Shown here piece by piece: positions 16,342-25,652 of a stretch of 48,654 nucleotides of DNA. The position numbers and the translations under genes are program-made. Within the stretch, counting starts at the first letter, position 1. Each line of letters begins with the position of its first letter. The notes under the pieces are model-generated. The model was not told the origin of the DNA and ran no database searches. It saw only the letters and a program-made list of their open reading frames with translations. The DNA lies in the sequence record SRR22947727_329; one strand, 5' to 3'.

Positions 16342-18203
16342 TGGCTGGTTCCGATTTTCAGCGGGTTAAGCGGCTTGGTCGCTACTTAGGTCGAGATCGA
16401 CGACGACTCACGCTCACGTTGGTGCTGCTCATTCCAGTGGCTGTTGCCGGCGCGATTCAGCCGCTGTTGGTTGGGCAGGCGATTGCCGTTTTGCGCCGTG
16501 TTGGAGGGGCCGCCAACGAGTCGGTGATTCCTCTTTTTCAGGGTCTCGACAGCACGGTTGCGATCCGACTGATCATCCTGATGTTGTTGGGATCGGTTCT
16601 GGTTCGCTTGGCTCTTCAGGGAGTTCAGTCGTTCAATATTCAAGCCGTCGGCCAGCGGCTCACCGCTCGCATCCGCAAGGATTTGTTTGCCCATGCGATG
16701 AGTTTGTCTCTGCGGTTTCATGACCGCATGCCCGTGGGCAAGCTGCTGACTCGCCTCACCAGCGATGTGGATGCATTAGCCGAGGTGTTTGGAAGCGGTG
16801 CCGTTGGTGTGCTCGGAGATCTCGTCAGTTTGCTGGTGATTGCGGTTTCGATGCTGCTGATCGAGTGGCGTTTGGGTTTGTTGTTGCTCGTGACCCAACT
16901 GCCTGTCACCTTCGTGATTGTTTGGCTTCAGAGGCGCTATCGAAAGGCCAACTATCGTGTGAGAGAGGAGCTTTCTCAACTCAACGCTGATTTTCAGGAG
17001 AACCTCCAAGGTCTTGAGGTTGTGCAGATGTTTCGCCGTGAAGCCGTCAACGGAGATCGGTTTCAGAGAACCGGTTTGGCGTATCGAAGTGCAGTGAATG
17101 GCACGATTTTTTTTGACAGCAGCATCTCTGCCTTTTTGGAGTGGGTGTCGTTAGGTGCCGTTGCCCTCGTTCTTGCGCTTGGCGGATGGATGGTCACATC
17201 AGGAGCGATGGGCCTTGGCACGCTCACAACCTTCATCCTCTACTCACAGCGCCTGTTTGACCCCCTTCGCCAAATGGCTGAGCGGTTTACCCAGATCCAA
17301 GGAGGACTCACTGCTGTGGAACGGATTGGCGAGCTCCTGGAGGAGCCTCTCGAGATTGTTGACCATGGTGCTGCCATCGGTTCAACCTTTGGTTCGAGAG
17401 GTGGATCCACGGTTGATCCCAAGGTTGGTCCCACGCTCCTCCAGAACGCTTCATCTTCACAAGCTCGTGGTGAAGTGATTTTTGAAGACGTGGACTTTGC
17501 TTACCGAAAAGATGAGCCGATCCTGCGCGATCTCAGTTTTCGGATTGCACCTGGTGAGCATGTTGCTCTTGTTGGACCCACCGGATCTGGCAAGACCACG
17601 GTGATTCGGCTCCTCTGCCGGTTGTATGAGCCCCAGCGTGGACGAATCCTTCTGGATGGCCAGGACATCCGCAGCTTGCCTTTGCAAGAGCTGCGTCGTC
17701 AGCTGGGTGTGGTGCTTCAAGACACTTTTCTCTTTAGTGGAACGGTGGCCGACAATTTGCGGTTGGATCGGCCCCTCGATGACCAGAAACTGCAGGAGGT
17801 TTGCCGTGATCTCGGACTTGATCCCCTGCTCGGTCGATTGCCTGAAGGTTTGGATACCGCATTGAGAGAGCGGGGAGGGAATCTCAGCTCTGGGGAAAGA
17901 CAGCTGCTAGCTGTGGCCAGGGTCGCGATTCGCAACCCAACGGTCCTGGTGATGGATGAAGCGACTGCGTTTATGGACCCTTCTACAGAAGCCACCCTGC
18001 AGCGGGACCTAGATCGTCTCCTCAACCGGCGCACGGCAGTGGTGATTGCCCACCGGCTTGCCACCGTTGAGGCGGCTGACAGGATTTTGGTGCTTCGTCG
18101 AGGGAGCCTGATCGAGCAGGGCACCCATCTTCAGTTGCGTGCCAGTGGTGGTTTGTACGCCGAACTTGCCGATCTTCAGGAGCGAGGACTCGCCAGGCTT
18201 TGA
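16341..18203 (+). CDS. ABC exporter, fused permease/ATPase (MdlB-like)
   Basis: N-terminal TMD plus GPTGSGKT, LSSGERQ, VMDEATA and IAHRL. Confidence 0.9.
   Translation: MAGSDFQRVKRLGRYLGRDRRRLTLTLVLLIPVAVAGAIQPLLVGQAIAVLRRVGGAANESVIPLFQGLDSTVAIRLIILMLLGSVLVRLALQGVQSFNIQAVGQRLTARIRKDLFAHAMSLSLRFHDRMPVGKLLTRLTSDVDALAEVFGSGAVGVLGDLVSLLVIAVSMLLIEWRLGLLLLVTQLPVTFVIVWLQRRYRKANYRVREELSQLNADFQENLQGLEVVQMFRREAVNGDRFQRTGLAYRSAVNGTIFFDSSISAFLEWVSLGAVALVLALGGWMVTSGAMGLGTLTTFILYSQRLFDPLRQMAERFTQIQGGLTAVERIGELLEEPLEIVDHGAAIGSTFGSRGGSTVDPKVGPTLLQNASSSQARGEVIFEDVDFAYRKDEPILRDLSFRIAPGEHVALVGPTGSGKTTVIRLLCRLYEPQRGRILLDGQDIRSLPLQELRRQLGVVLQDTFLFSGTVADNLRLDRPLDDQKLQEVCRDLGLDPLLGRLPEGLDTALRERGGNLSSGERQLLAVARVAIRNPTVLVMDEATAFMDPSTEATLQRDLDRLLNRRTAVVIAHRLATVEAADRILVLRRGSLIEQGTHLQLRASGGLYAELADLQERGLARL
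17376..17435 (+). repeat. Degenerate 12-bp tandem repeat (5 units) in the ABC TMD-NBD linker
   Basis: ATCGGTTCAACC/TTTGGTTCGAGA/GGTGGATCCACG/GTTGATCCCAAG/GTTGGTCCCACG = IGST-FGSR-GGST-VDPK-VGPT. Confidence 0.55.
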
Positions 18204-18922
18204 TCGATGAGCCAGTGATGGATCGTTTGTGCCAGTAGGTCGGGATGGCTCTGCATGGCCAGATGTCCGCACTGTTTGAGTTCTTTTAGGCAGTGCTTGT
18301 CGCTGTATTCGGCAAGATGTTTCACATAGCCGGGTTCCATCACGCGGTCCTGCTCACCGCTAATCCATAGGTTCTTAGCCTCCAAATCTGCAACCAGGTT
18401 TGGAATCTGTTTGACAGCTCCTCGCGTGGTGCTGTTCACCAGCAGACCCAGTGCCGCGCGTTTCTCCGCTTGAAATGGCCCCAACTGGCCGATGGGCCCT
18501 GGAAGTGAGGTGGGACGGAGTTTCAGAATCAATTGCCCTCCAAACCTGAGGCGTCGAAACGGTCTGGGTTGGTAGATCCCACCTCCGGCCGCCAACATCA
18601 CAAGACCCGAGAGAGGCTGATCCCACTGTCGACGTAGATAGGTTTCTGCATGCAGGGCAATGCTTCCTCCCAGTGAGTGACCCATCAACACCACGTGGTG
18701 GCCCTTGGCTTGAGCTCGAATCTGCTCCGCAAGCCATTGGCCGTAGGACGCCAAGGTTGGTCGAAGCTGAGGAGGGCGAGACTCCAGTCCAAATCCTGGT
18801 AAATCAGGACACCACAAAGGGATAGAGGTGCCTAAGCGTGTCCAGCTTTCTTCAAACGGTGCCCAAACCTTGCGGCTGAGCATCCAACCGTGTACGGCGA
18901 TCAGCAGCAGATCAGAGGTCAT
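18176..18922 (-). CDS. Alpha/beta hydrolase
   Basis: VHGW, PDLPGFG, GHSLGG nucleophile, GEQDRV, CGHL; likely start MTSDLLL at 18922. Confidence 0.88.
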   Translation of the reverse strand: MTSDLLLIAVHGWMLSRKVWAPFEESWTRLGTSIPLWCPDLPGFGLESRPPQLRPTLASYGQWLAEQIRAQAKGHHVVLMGHSLGGSIALHAETYLRRQWDQPLSGLVMLAAGGGIYQPRPFRRLRFGGQLILKLRPTSLPGPIGQLGPFQAEKRAALGLLVNSTTRGAVKQIPNLVADLEAKNLWISGEQDRVMEPGYVKHLAEYSDKHCLKELKQCGHLAMQSHPDLLAQTIHHWLIDQSLASPRS

Positions 18923-18958
18923 CGGTGCGTCAGGATTAAGGCATCGTCGCAGGACAGG

Positions 18959-19462
18959 GTGACTAGTACTCCCTCTCTCACCCAAGAGATTTTGGTGCAT
19001 TCCTACGGGAAAGAGGCTCGGATCTGTGAAACGGCCAATACCAAGCTAAGCCTGGTATTCAGCCAGTCTCGTCCAATGGATTTAGTTGAGCTGGAACAGC
19101 TCCTAGAGGCGGTGGGGTGGAGTCGCAGGCCAGTTCGGCGCGTTCGCAAGGCCCTTGATAACAGCTTGCTCAGGGTGGGGTTATGGCGCCATGACCCACG
19201 CATTCCACGCCTTGTGGGTTTCGCACGCTGCACTGGAGATGGTGTTCTTGAAGCCACGGTTTGGGATGTGGCCGTTCACCCCTTGTATCAAGGTGCTGGG
19301 CTTGGTCGTCAGTTGATGGATTACATCCTCGATGCCCTAACAGAGATGGGAACGGAGCGCGCCACGCTGTTCGCCGATCCAGGGGTGCTGCCCTTTTATG
19401 ACCGTCTTGGTTGGGACCTAGAGCCCAATGGTCACCGTTGTGGTTTTTGGTATTCCAATTGA
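18959..19462 (+). CDS. GNAT acetyltransferase (Ycf52-like)
   Basis: LVGFARCTGDG, WDVAVHPLYQGAGLG acetyl-CoA motif, FYDRLGW; likely GTG start at 18959. Confidence 0.88.
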   Translation: MTSTPSLTQEILVHSYGKEARICETANTKLSLVFSQSRPMDLVELEQLLEAVGWSRRPVRRVRKALDNSLLRVGLWRHDPRIPRLVGFARCTGDGVLEATVWDVAVHPLYQGAGLGRQLMDYILDALTEMGTERATLFADPGVLPFYDRLGWDLEPNGHRCGFWYSN

Positions 19463-20196
19463 ATGGTTGAAAAGGGCTTTCCGTAGTACTCAGCTGCCAA
19501 GCGTGCTGGAGATTCCCCACGTCGCCAGCGATGCCGCAACCAGGCATTTTCAAGGCTGCGGCGCAGCACGCCTCCCCGCTGCCAGCGACGGCCATCGGTG
19601 CTGATCGCCAGGCCAAGGGGACGTAAGCGTGTGAGTTGGCTAAGTCGCTGTACGAACTCAAGATCCTCCATTAACGGCAAGGCTGCGTATCCACCACTGC
19701 GCTCATAAAGAGACCTATGGAGCAGGAGGCCCTGATCTCCGTAGGGTTGTTGGCACCAGCGACTACGAAGAGCGATCACCCCTTCCAGCAGGCGTCGGGC
19801 TGGAGTGCTGGGGTGAATGTGTAAGTCAAAAAACCATGCGAATCGTTGTGCATCGGGATGCTGAATCCGACGCAGCACGCTGCTGCACCAGTGTCTTGGC
19901 AGACGGCTATCGGCATGGAGAAAAAGGAGCCATTTGCCTTGGTTTTGCTGGATGGAGTGCTGGGCACCTGCAACCAGTTGCTTGCCTCGCCCAGGTGGAT
20001 GCTCCGTGATGAAGCGTCCACCAGCAAGAGCGCTGATGCGATGGCTGTGATCGTTGCTGCCACCATCCACCACCGTGATCTCGATCGGAAGAGGCCAGCG
20101 CTGCAGGTCAGCGAGGAGAAGTGGAAGACGCTCCGCCTCATTAAGGCAGGGAATCACCACGCTGAGCATGAGCGGGTCAGCGCTCATCGCTGCCAT
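19432..20196 (-). CDS. GT2 glycosyltransferase (TIGR04283-like)
   Basis: SVVIPCLNE, VVDGGS, FLHADS, PYGDQGL, LMEDLE. Confidence 0.88.
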   Translation of the reverse strand: MAAMSADPLMLSVVIPCLNEAERLPLLLADLQRWPLPIEITVVDGGSNDHSHRISALAGGRFITEHPPGRGKQLVAGAQHSIQQNQGKWLLFLHADSRLPRHWCSSVLRRIQHPDAQRFAWFFDLHIHPSTPARRLLEGVIALRSRWCQQPYGDQGLLLHRSLYERSGGYAALPLMEDLEFVQRLSQLTRLRPLGLAISTDGRRWQRGGVLRRSLENAWLRHRWRRGESPARLAAEYYGKPFSTIQLEYQKPQR

Positions 20197-20822
20197 GAAT
20201 GGAGATCAGCAAGACAATCAATGTCGTTTTTCATGCTGAGTAGATGGGGGGTGAGACCCAGCCCCCGAGCGCGAGCGCAAGTGATGTCCAACACCTTGTT
20301 GCTTCCCCATGGCACGGCCGCAAAGAGTGCATCGAGCTGTTGCTGCGTTAATGCAGCACCCAGCCCCAGCAACCAATACCCACCGTCTGCGGAGGGGCCC
20401 AGCACCAAGGGTTGGTTGTGGAGCTTTTGGATCGCATGGCGCAGATCGTTTTGGCAAAGATCTGCAAGATCGGTTCCGATCACGATCACAGGCTTGTTCT
20501 GCTGTCTGAAGCGCGCGCGATGAATCTGACGGAGCATGCGAGCCCCAAGCGATCCCCGTCCCTGATCCACGAGGGTGCAGGGCGGTAAGGAGGGCAGACA
20601 GCGTTGGGCTGATCGCAGACTCACGCCGCTCATTGCCACCTGCACGTCCACGTCACCCTGCTCGTTGAGTGCTTCAGAAACAGCGAAGGTATGGGCGGTG
20701 AGGCGTTGCTGAATGATGGCCGCCTGCTCGCTTCCGATGTCGACGGCCAGGCGACGCTTGCAGCGACCGCTAGCTGGCCAGCGAGCCATCACAACGAGTG
20801 TTGGGATGGGTGATTGAATCAT
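20184..20822 (-). CDS. DUF2064/TIGR04282-like transferase
   Basis: MARWPASGRCKRRL, QGRGSLGARM, IGTDL, LGPSADGGYWLLG, DIDCLADL. Confidence 0.85.
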   Translation of the reverse strand: MIQSPIPTLVVMARWPASGRCKRRLAVDIGSEQAAIIQQRLTAHTFAVSEALNEQGDVDVQVAMSGVSLRSAQRCLPSLPPCTLVDQGRGSLGARMLRQIHRARFRQQNKPVIVIGTDLADLCQNDLRHAIQKLHNQPLVLGPSADGGYWLLGLGAALTQQQLDALFAAVPWGSNKVLDITCARARGLGLTPHLLSMKNDIDCLADLHSWQR

Positions 20823-21976
20823 CTTTGGCGTGGTAGCTCCTCAGGTGTGACATCCAGGGTTTGCTGTTCCCCAGCTCGTTCCACAATCAGCGGCATGACC
20901 TGACCCACCTGTCCTCGGTCAACGGCCAGCTGCACTTCAGAGGGGTCGTTGACGGCGGAGCCATTCACGTTGCGGATTAAATCACAAGGCTTAATACCAG
21001 CTTTGGCTGCGGGGCTGCCCTCCACCACTTCAATCACGAGCACGCCGTTGAGCTCGGGCACGGTGCAAAGGTTGCTCGTGGCGTTGATTTCTTTGGCCAA
21101 TTGGGGGGTCAGGCTCTGCAGTCGTACACCGATATAGGGGTGGGAGGCCTGACCAGTGCTGATGATTTGTTGGGCAATACGCTTGGCCAAGTTGATCGGG
21201 ATGGCAAAACTCAGTCCTGCGCCAGGTGCTTGGCGAATCGCTGTGTTGATGCCGATCACTTGCCCAGCGGCGTTAATGAGGGGACCACCGCTGTTTCCTG
21301 GGTTTACTGCAGCGTCGGTTTGGATGTAGGGGACACGCTGACCTTCTCCTACGGCATTGGTCCGATCCACAGCACTGATGATGCCCGCTGTGACCGTGTT
21401 GTTGAGCCCAAGCGGATTGCCGATCGCGATGGCCCATTCACCGGGTTTTAGGTCGTTTGAGTTTCCAAGGGGTGCGACAGGTAGCTTTTCAGCTACGACT
21501 CTCACCACCGCCACATCCGTTAAGGGGTCGCCGCCAAGAACGCGTCCACTGAAGCTGCGACCGTCAGGCAAGGTGACGGCCACTTTGTCCGCGCCTTCCA
21601 CCACGTGCGCATTCGTGAAAATCAGGCCGTCAGAGCGTGTGATGAATCCTGAACCTTGACCGGCTTGTTTTTGGGTGGTTGGCCCACCTCCAAACAGGTT
21701 GCCTAGTGGATTGGATACCCGTTTCACGGTGTCGATGCGTACGACCGACGGTCCAACCCGTTCAACGGCTTGGACGATCACGTTGCGACCAGGTTGTAAA
21801 GGGGCCGAACGAGGCCCATCACTCACTTCGGGAAGGGTTGCGGGGGCCTTCGCTTCTGGCTCTAAGCCAAGCCGTTGACGCAAGGATGATCCACACCCTC
21901 CCATCGTCAAGCTGACGATTCCGATCCCGATCCAGGGCAGGGATCGTGCCAGGGCGCGGGAGGCGGCAGCTGCCAT
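20819..21976 (-). CDS. HtrA/Deg serine protease with PDZ domain
   Basis: TNAHVV, TDVAV and GNSGGPL triad; C-terminal PDZ; likely start MAAAAS at 21976 with a lipobox-like MGGC. Confidence 0.93.
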   Translation of the reverse strand: MAAAASRALARSLPWIGIGIVSLTMGGCGSSLRQRLGLEPEAKAPATLPEVSDGPRSAPLQPGRNVIVQAVERVGPSVVRIDTVKRVSNPLGNLFGGGPTTQKQAGQGSGFITRSDGLIFTNAHVVEGADKVAVTLPDGRSFSGRVLGGDPLTDVAVVRVVAEKLPVAPLGNSNDLKPGEWAIAIGNPLGLNNTVTAGIISAVDRTNAVGEGQRVPYIQTDAAVNPGNSGGPLINAAGQVIGINTAIRQAPGAGLSFAIPINLAKRIAQQIISTGQASHPYIGVRLQSLTPQLAKEINATSNLCTVPELNGVLVIEVVEGSPAAKAGIKPCDLIRNVNGSAVNDPSEVQLAVDRGQVGQVMPLIVERAGEQQTLDVTPEELPRQR

Positions 21977-22062
21977 GAACAGAAACGTGTTGAAACTGGT
22001 TTCATTAAAGACGGGCCACTCGGCATAAGGCACGTAGATTCGTCATTCGAAGAAGGTGGAAT

Positions 22063-23460
22063 GTGGTGCTGACGGGCAGTGAGCTCTGGAACAAGGTGCA
22101 GCACGCTCTTCAGAGCAACCTCAGCAAGCCCACCTTTGAAACGTGGATTCGTCCTGCGCGCTGTAACTCCTTCCAAGATCGGAGGCTGACCCTGCAGGCT
22201 CCCAATCGTTTTGCTAGCAATTGGCTGCGTAAGAACTACGTCAGCACCATTGCTGAAGTGGCGCAGGAGATCACGGGGCATCCGATCGAGGTGATCGTGC
22301 TTGCTCAAGACGATGAAGATGGGGCGCCTGGGTCGACTCTCGAGGCTCGGGTGTCGCCTTCCAGCCAGCAGGCTTTGGCACCAACGACGGCTGGAGTCGC
22401 TGCCCCGCCGAGCACCGCTCCCCGTCGGCTCCCCGGCTTGAACATGCGCTATGTGTTCAATCGTTTTGTCGTTGGCCCCAACAGTCGGATGGCGCATGCG
22501 GCTGCTTTGGCAGTAGCCGAGGCCCCAGGCCGTGAATTCAATCCGCTATTCATCTGTGGAGGTGTGGGCCTAGGCAAGACCCATCTAATGCAGGCGATTG
22601 GTCATTACCGCCTAGAGATTGATCCTGAAGCGCGCGTGTTTTATGTGTCGACGGAAACGTTTACGAATGATCTGATTACTGCGATTCGTAAGGACGGTAT
22701 GCAGGCTTTCCGAGACCGTTATCGGGCCGCGGATCTCATCTTGGTTGATGACATTCAATTCATCGAAGGCAAGGAATACACCCAAGAAGAGTTCTTCCAT
22801 ACGTTCAATGCTTTGCACGATGCAGGGCGACAGATTGTGATTGCGAGTGATCGGCCTCCTAGCCAAATTCCTCGGCTGCAGGAGCGATTAATTTCTCGCT
22901 TCTCGATGGGATTAATCGCGGATATCCAGGCCCCTGATCTGGAAACACGAATGGCGATTCTTCAGAAAAAAGCTGAGCAAGAACGCGTTGCTCTTCCTCG
23001 CGACTTAATTCAATACATCTCTGGCCGCTTTACCTCCAATATTCGTGAACTTGAGGGAGCGCTCACTCGGGCTGTTGCGTTTTCTTCGATCACAGGAATT
23101 CCGATGACCGTTGAATCGGTCGCGCCGATGCTTGATCCCAGTGGCCAAGGTGTTGATGTCACACCGCAGCAAGTGATTGAAAAGGTGTCTGAGGTGTTCG
23201 ACGTCACGGCAGAAGATATGCGCAGCAGCAGCCGACGGCGAGCGGTGAGTCAGGCTCGTCAGGTGGGGATGTTCTTGATGCGGCAAGGCACAGATTTGAG
23301 CTTGCCGAGAATCGGCGACACCTTCGGAGGTAAGGATCACACCACCGTGATTTATGCCATTGAACAAGTGGAAAAGAAGCTTGCTACTGATCCGCACCTA
23401 GCGAGTCAGGTGCAAAGGGTGAAGGATCTTTTGCAAATCGACTCTCGCCGTCGTCGCTAG
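22063..23460 (+). CDS. dnaA: Chromosomal replication initiator DnaA
   Basis: [50 protein letters not shown]. Confidence 0.98.
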   Translation: MVLTGSELWNKVQHALQSNLSKPTFETWIRPARCNSFQDRRLTLQAPNRFASNWLRKNYVSTIAEVAQEITGHPIEVIVLAQDDEDGAPGSTLEARVSPSSQQALAPTTAGVAAPPSTAPRRLPGLNMRYVFNRFVVGPNSRMAHAAALAVAEAPGREFNPLFICGGVGLGKTHLMQAIGHYRLEIDPEARVFYVSTETFTNDLITAIRKDGMQAFRDRYRAADLILVDDIQFIEGKEYTQEEFFHTFNALHDAGRQIVIASDRPPSQIPRLQERLISRFSMGLIADIQAPDLETRMAILQKKAEQERVALPRDLIQYISGRFTSNIRELEGALTRAVAFSSITGIPMTVESVAPMLDPSGQGVDVTPQQVIEKVSEVFDVTAEDMRSSSRRRAVSQARQVGMFLMRQGTDLSLPRIGDTFGGKDHTTVIYAIEQVEKKLATDPHLASQVQRVKDLLQIDSRRRR

Positions 23461-23466
23461 GAATCA

Positions 23467-24246
23467 TCAGGCATCACTGCCTTTCCATCCTGCCAAGTGG
23501 GATGCCGCTGATGAGCGAGCCAGCCTGCGCGCTGCAGGTAGGGCTGGATCCAAATGTTTTGAGCTAAAAGGAGGCATGGGCCTCGTTCGCAACCAGAGGC
23601 CCCAACGAAACTCGTGATAAGGAATCAAGGGCTGTGGCTTGATCACTCCCTCCTGCTTCAGTTTCCAAACAAGGCTGCGGTAAGGATCATCCTGAAGGCC
23701 AAGCAATGTGGCGGGCAGGTCTTTCGCTGGCCACGGGCCATTGCCTCTGCCGTCTTGAAGATAGAGCCAACCCTTGTTGTGTAGAGCCTGGAGAGCCTCC
23801 TCCCTGGTGCTAGTGGTTAGGTCGTCGATCACGTAGCCGTAAGTCGTAATCGTTGGAACCATTTCGAGCAAGGCTCGGAGGCGGTGATGTCGATCCACCA
23901 TCCAAAGGTGTCCAAGCTGATTGCGTACCAATGGCACTGGCTTGCGATTGAGATACCGGCGACGTTCTTCGGGACTTTCCTCACGGAAATCACGTTGCCG
24001 GTTCCATACCTCAGCCATCCCCACACACATCTGTGTGGGCTGAAGGTCAGCAACGGCCACCTCAAAAAGCTTGAGACCTTTGTTGTGATCAGGTATTGGG
24101 GCGTAATCAGGAAGATGCAGAGGGCAGGCCTCAACGCTGCATCCATCCACTATGCCGAGGTTGAGTTGTGAATTGACTCGCTGATCACTCCTGAGCTGAC
24201 TTGGCTCTGATTGTTGGTGTACTCGTGCATCGAAGGCAGCGGGCAA
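23467..24246 (-). CDS. ParB/Srx-like nuclease-domain protein (ParBc_2-like); true start probably downstream of 24246
   Basis: DLQPTQMCVG, MVDRHHR, DDPYRSLVW, EFRWG motifs. Confidence 0.75.
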   Translation of the reverse strand: MPAAFDARVHQQSEPSQLRSDQRVNSQLNLGIVDGCSVEACPLHLPDYAPIPDHNKGLKLFEVAVADLQPTQMCVGMAEVWNRQRDFREESPEERRRYLNRKPVPLVRNQLGHLWMVDRHHRLRALLEMVPTITTYGYVIDDLTTSTREEALQALHNKGWLYLQDGRGNGPWPAKDLPATLLGLQDDPYRSLVWKLKQEGVIKPQPLIPYHEFRWGLWLRTRPMPPFSSKHLDPALPAARRLARSSAASHLAGWKGSDA

Positions 24247-24269
24247 AATGTGAGAAAACAGTGAACCCC

Positions 24270-25631
24270 ATGGAACAAATCTTTGATCTTGTGGTTCTCG
24301 GTGCTGGGTCTGGAGGCTTAGCTGCTGCCAAACGTGCTGCCCGTTATGGAGCCAAGGTGGCGATTGTTGAGGGAGATCGCGTTGGCGGTACCTGTGTCAT
24401 TCGTGGTTGCGTGCCGAAAAAGCTGCTGGTGTACGGCTCTCTTCTCTCCGAACAACTCGAGGGTGCGTCGAGTTATGGCGTGAGTGTTGCGGGGGCAACG
24501 TTTGATACGTCTGTGCTTTTGCGCAATGTGCGTCAAGAGGTGGATCGCCTCAATGCACTTCATATCGATTTTTTGGCCAAAGCTGGAGTGGAGTTGATCA
24601 CAGGTTGGGGCCGTTTTCTTGACCCGCATCGCATTGGTGTGTCTAAGGCGCGCGAGGGTGAGATCGATCAGGTGCTGCAGGCCAAGCGGGTGATGATTGC
24701 AGTGGGTGGGCGACCTTTTCGGCCGAACATTCCAGGGGCTGAGCTTGCTTGGATCAGCGATGACATGTTTTTGCAGCAGCGTTTCCCAGACCGGGTTGTA
24801 GTGGTGGGAGCTGGGTTCATTGCATGTGAATTTGCTGGCATCCTGCGAGGCCTTGGTGTTGCGGTGACCCAATTGGTGCGTGGCGAACAGCTTTTGCGAG
24901 GGTTTGACAGCGAACTGTCAGGAGTTGTGCAGGAGGGTATGCAGTCCAAGGGCATCGACCTGCGCTTTGGACAAGGCCTTGCTGCGATTGAGGGTCAATC
25001 AAATGATTTGACTGTCGTGACCAAGAGCGGTGATCGTCTGCCGTGTGGTGGGGTCCTGTTGGCGACGGGGCGTCAACCATTCCTTTCAGGCCTGGGTCTC
25101 GATGCCGCTGGCGTGGTGGTCGAGGGGCATCGAATCCCAGTTGATGCCGATCAAGTCACCAACCTTCCCCATGTTTTTGCGGTTGGAGATGTGACGGATC
25201 GCATTTGCTTGACCCCTGTCGCGGTGGATGAGGGGCGTGCTTTTGCAGACAGTGTGTTTGGAAGCACTCCTCGGCAGGTCAATCACAACTTGGTTGCAAG
25301 TGCTGTGTTCAGTCAGCCGGAGCTAGCCACAGTGGGCTTATCAGAGGAGGCAGCGATTGCCCAGCTCGGTGCGGATCAGGTTGTGGTTCATCGCGCGCGT
25401 TTTCGCTCCATGGCTCAGGCGTTGCCTCAACACGGTCCCCGTTGCTTGTTGAAGTTGGTCTTGGAATTGAACAGCGGGAAGGTGCTCGGATGTCACATGG
25501 TTGGTGAGCATGCGGCAGAAATTATCCAGATGGCTGCTATCGCCGTGGGAATGGGGGCGACCAAGGCCGATTTCGATCGCACGATGGCCTTGCACCCGAC
25601 GGTTTCAGAGGAGTTTGTGACGATGGCTTGA
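24270..25631 (+). CDS. gor: Glutathione-disulfide reductase
   Basis: GAGSGG, GGTCVIRGCVPKK, GAGFIACE, ALHPTVSEE; start at ATG 24270. Confidence 0.95.
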   Translation: MEQIFDLVVLGAGSGGLAAAKRAARYGAKVAIVEGDRVGGTCVIRGCVPKKLLVYGSLLSEQLEGASSYGVSVAGATFDTSVLLRNVRQEVDRLNALHIDFLAKAGVELITGWGRFLDPHRIGVSKAREGEIDQVLQAKRVMIAVGGRPFRPNIPGAELAWISDDMFLQQRFPDRVVVVGAGFIACEFAGILRGLGVAVTQLVRGEQLLRGFDSELSGVVQEGMQSKGIDLRFGQGLAAIEGQSNDLTVVTKSGDRLPCGGVLLATGRQPFLSGLGLDAAGVVVEGHRIPVDADQVTNLPHVFAVGDVTDRICLTPVAVDEGRAFADSVFGSTPRQVNHNLVASAVFSQPELATVGLSEEAAIAQLGADQVVVHRARFRSMAQALPQHGPRCLLKLVLELNSGKVLGCHMVGEHAAEIIQMAAIAVGMGATKADFDRTMALHPTVSEEFVTMA

Positions 25632-25652
25632 TCCGTTCAGCCTTTTGTTGGG

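Noticed and set aside
19846-20523. 225-aa plus-strand ORF
   Set aside because: Antisense shadow of the two transferase genes; no motif.
21977-22062. oriC upstream of dnaA
   Set aside because: Only about 85 bp, with no DnaA-box cluster or AT-rich unwinding element visible.
21907-22497. 196-aa minus-strand ORF
   Set aside because: Antisense to the dnaA 5' region; no recognisable domain.
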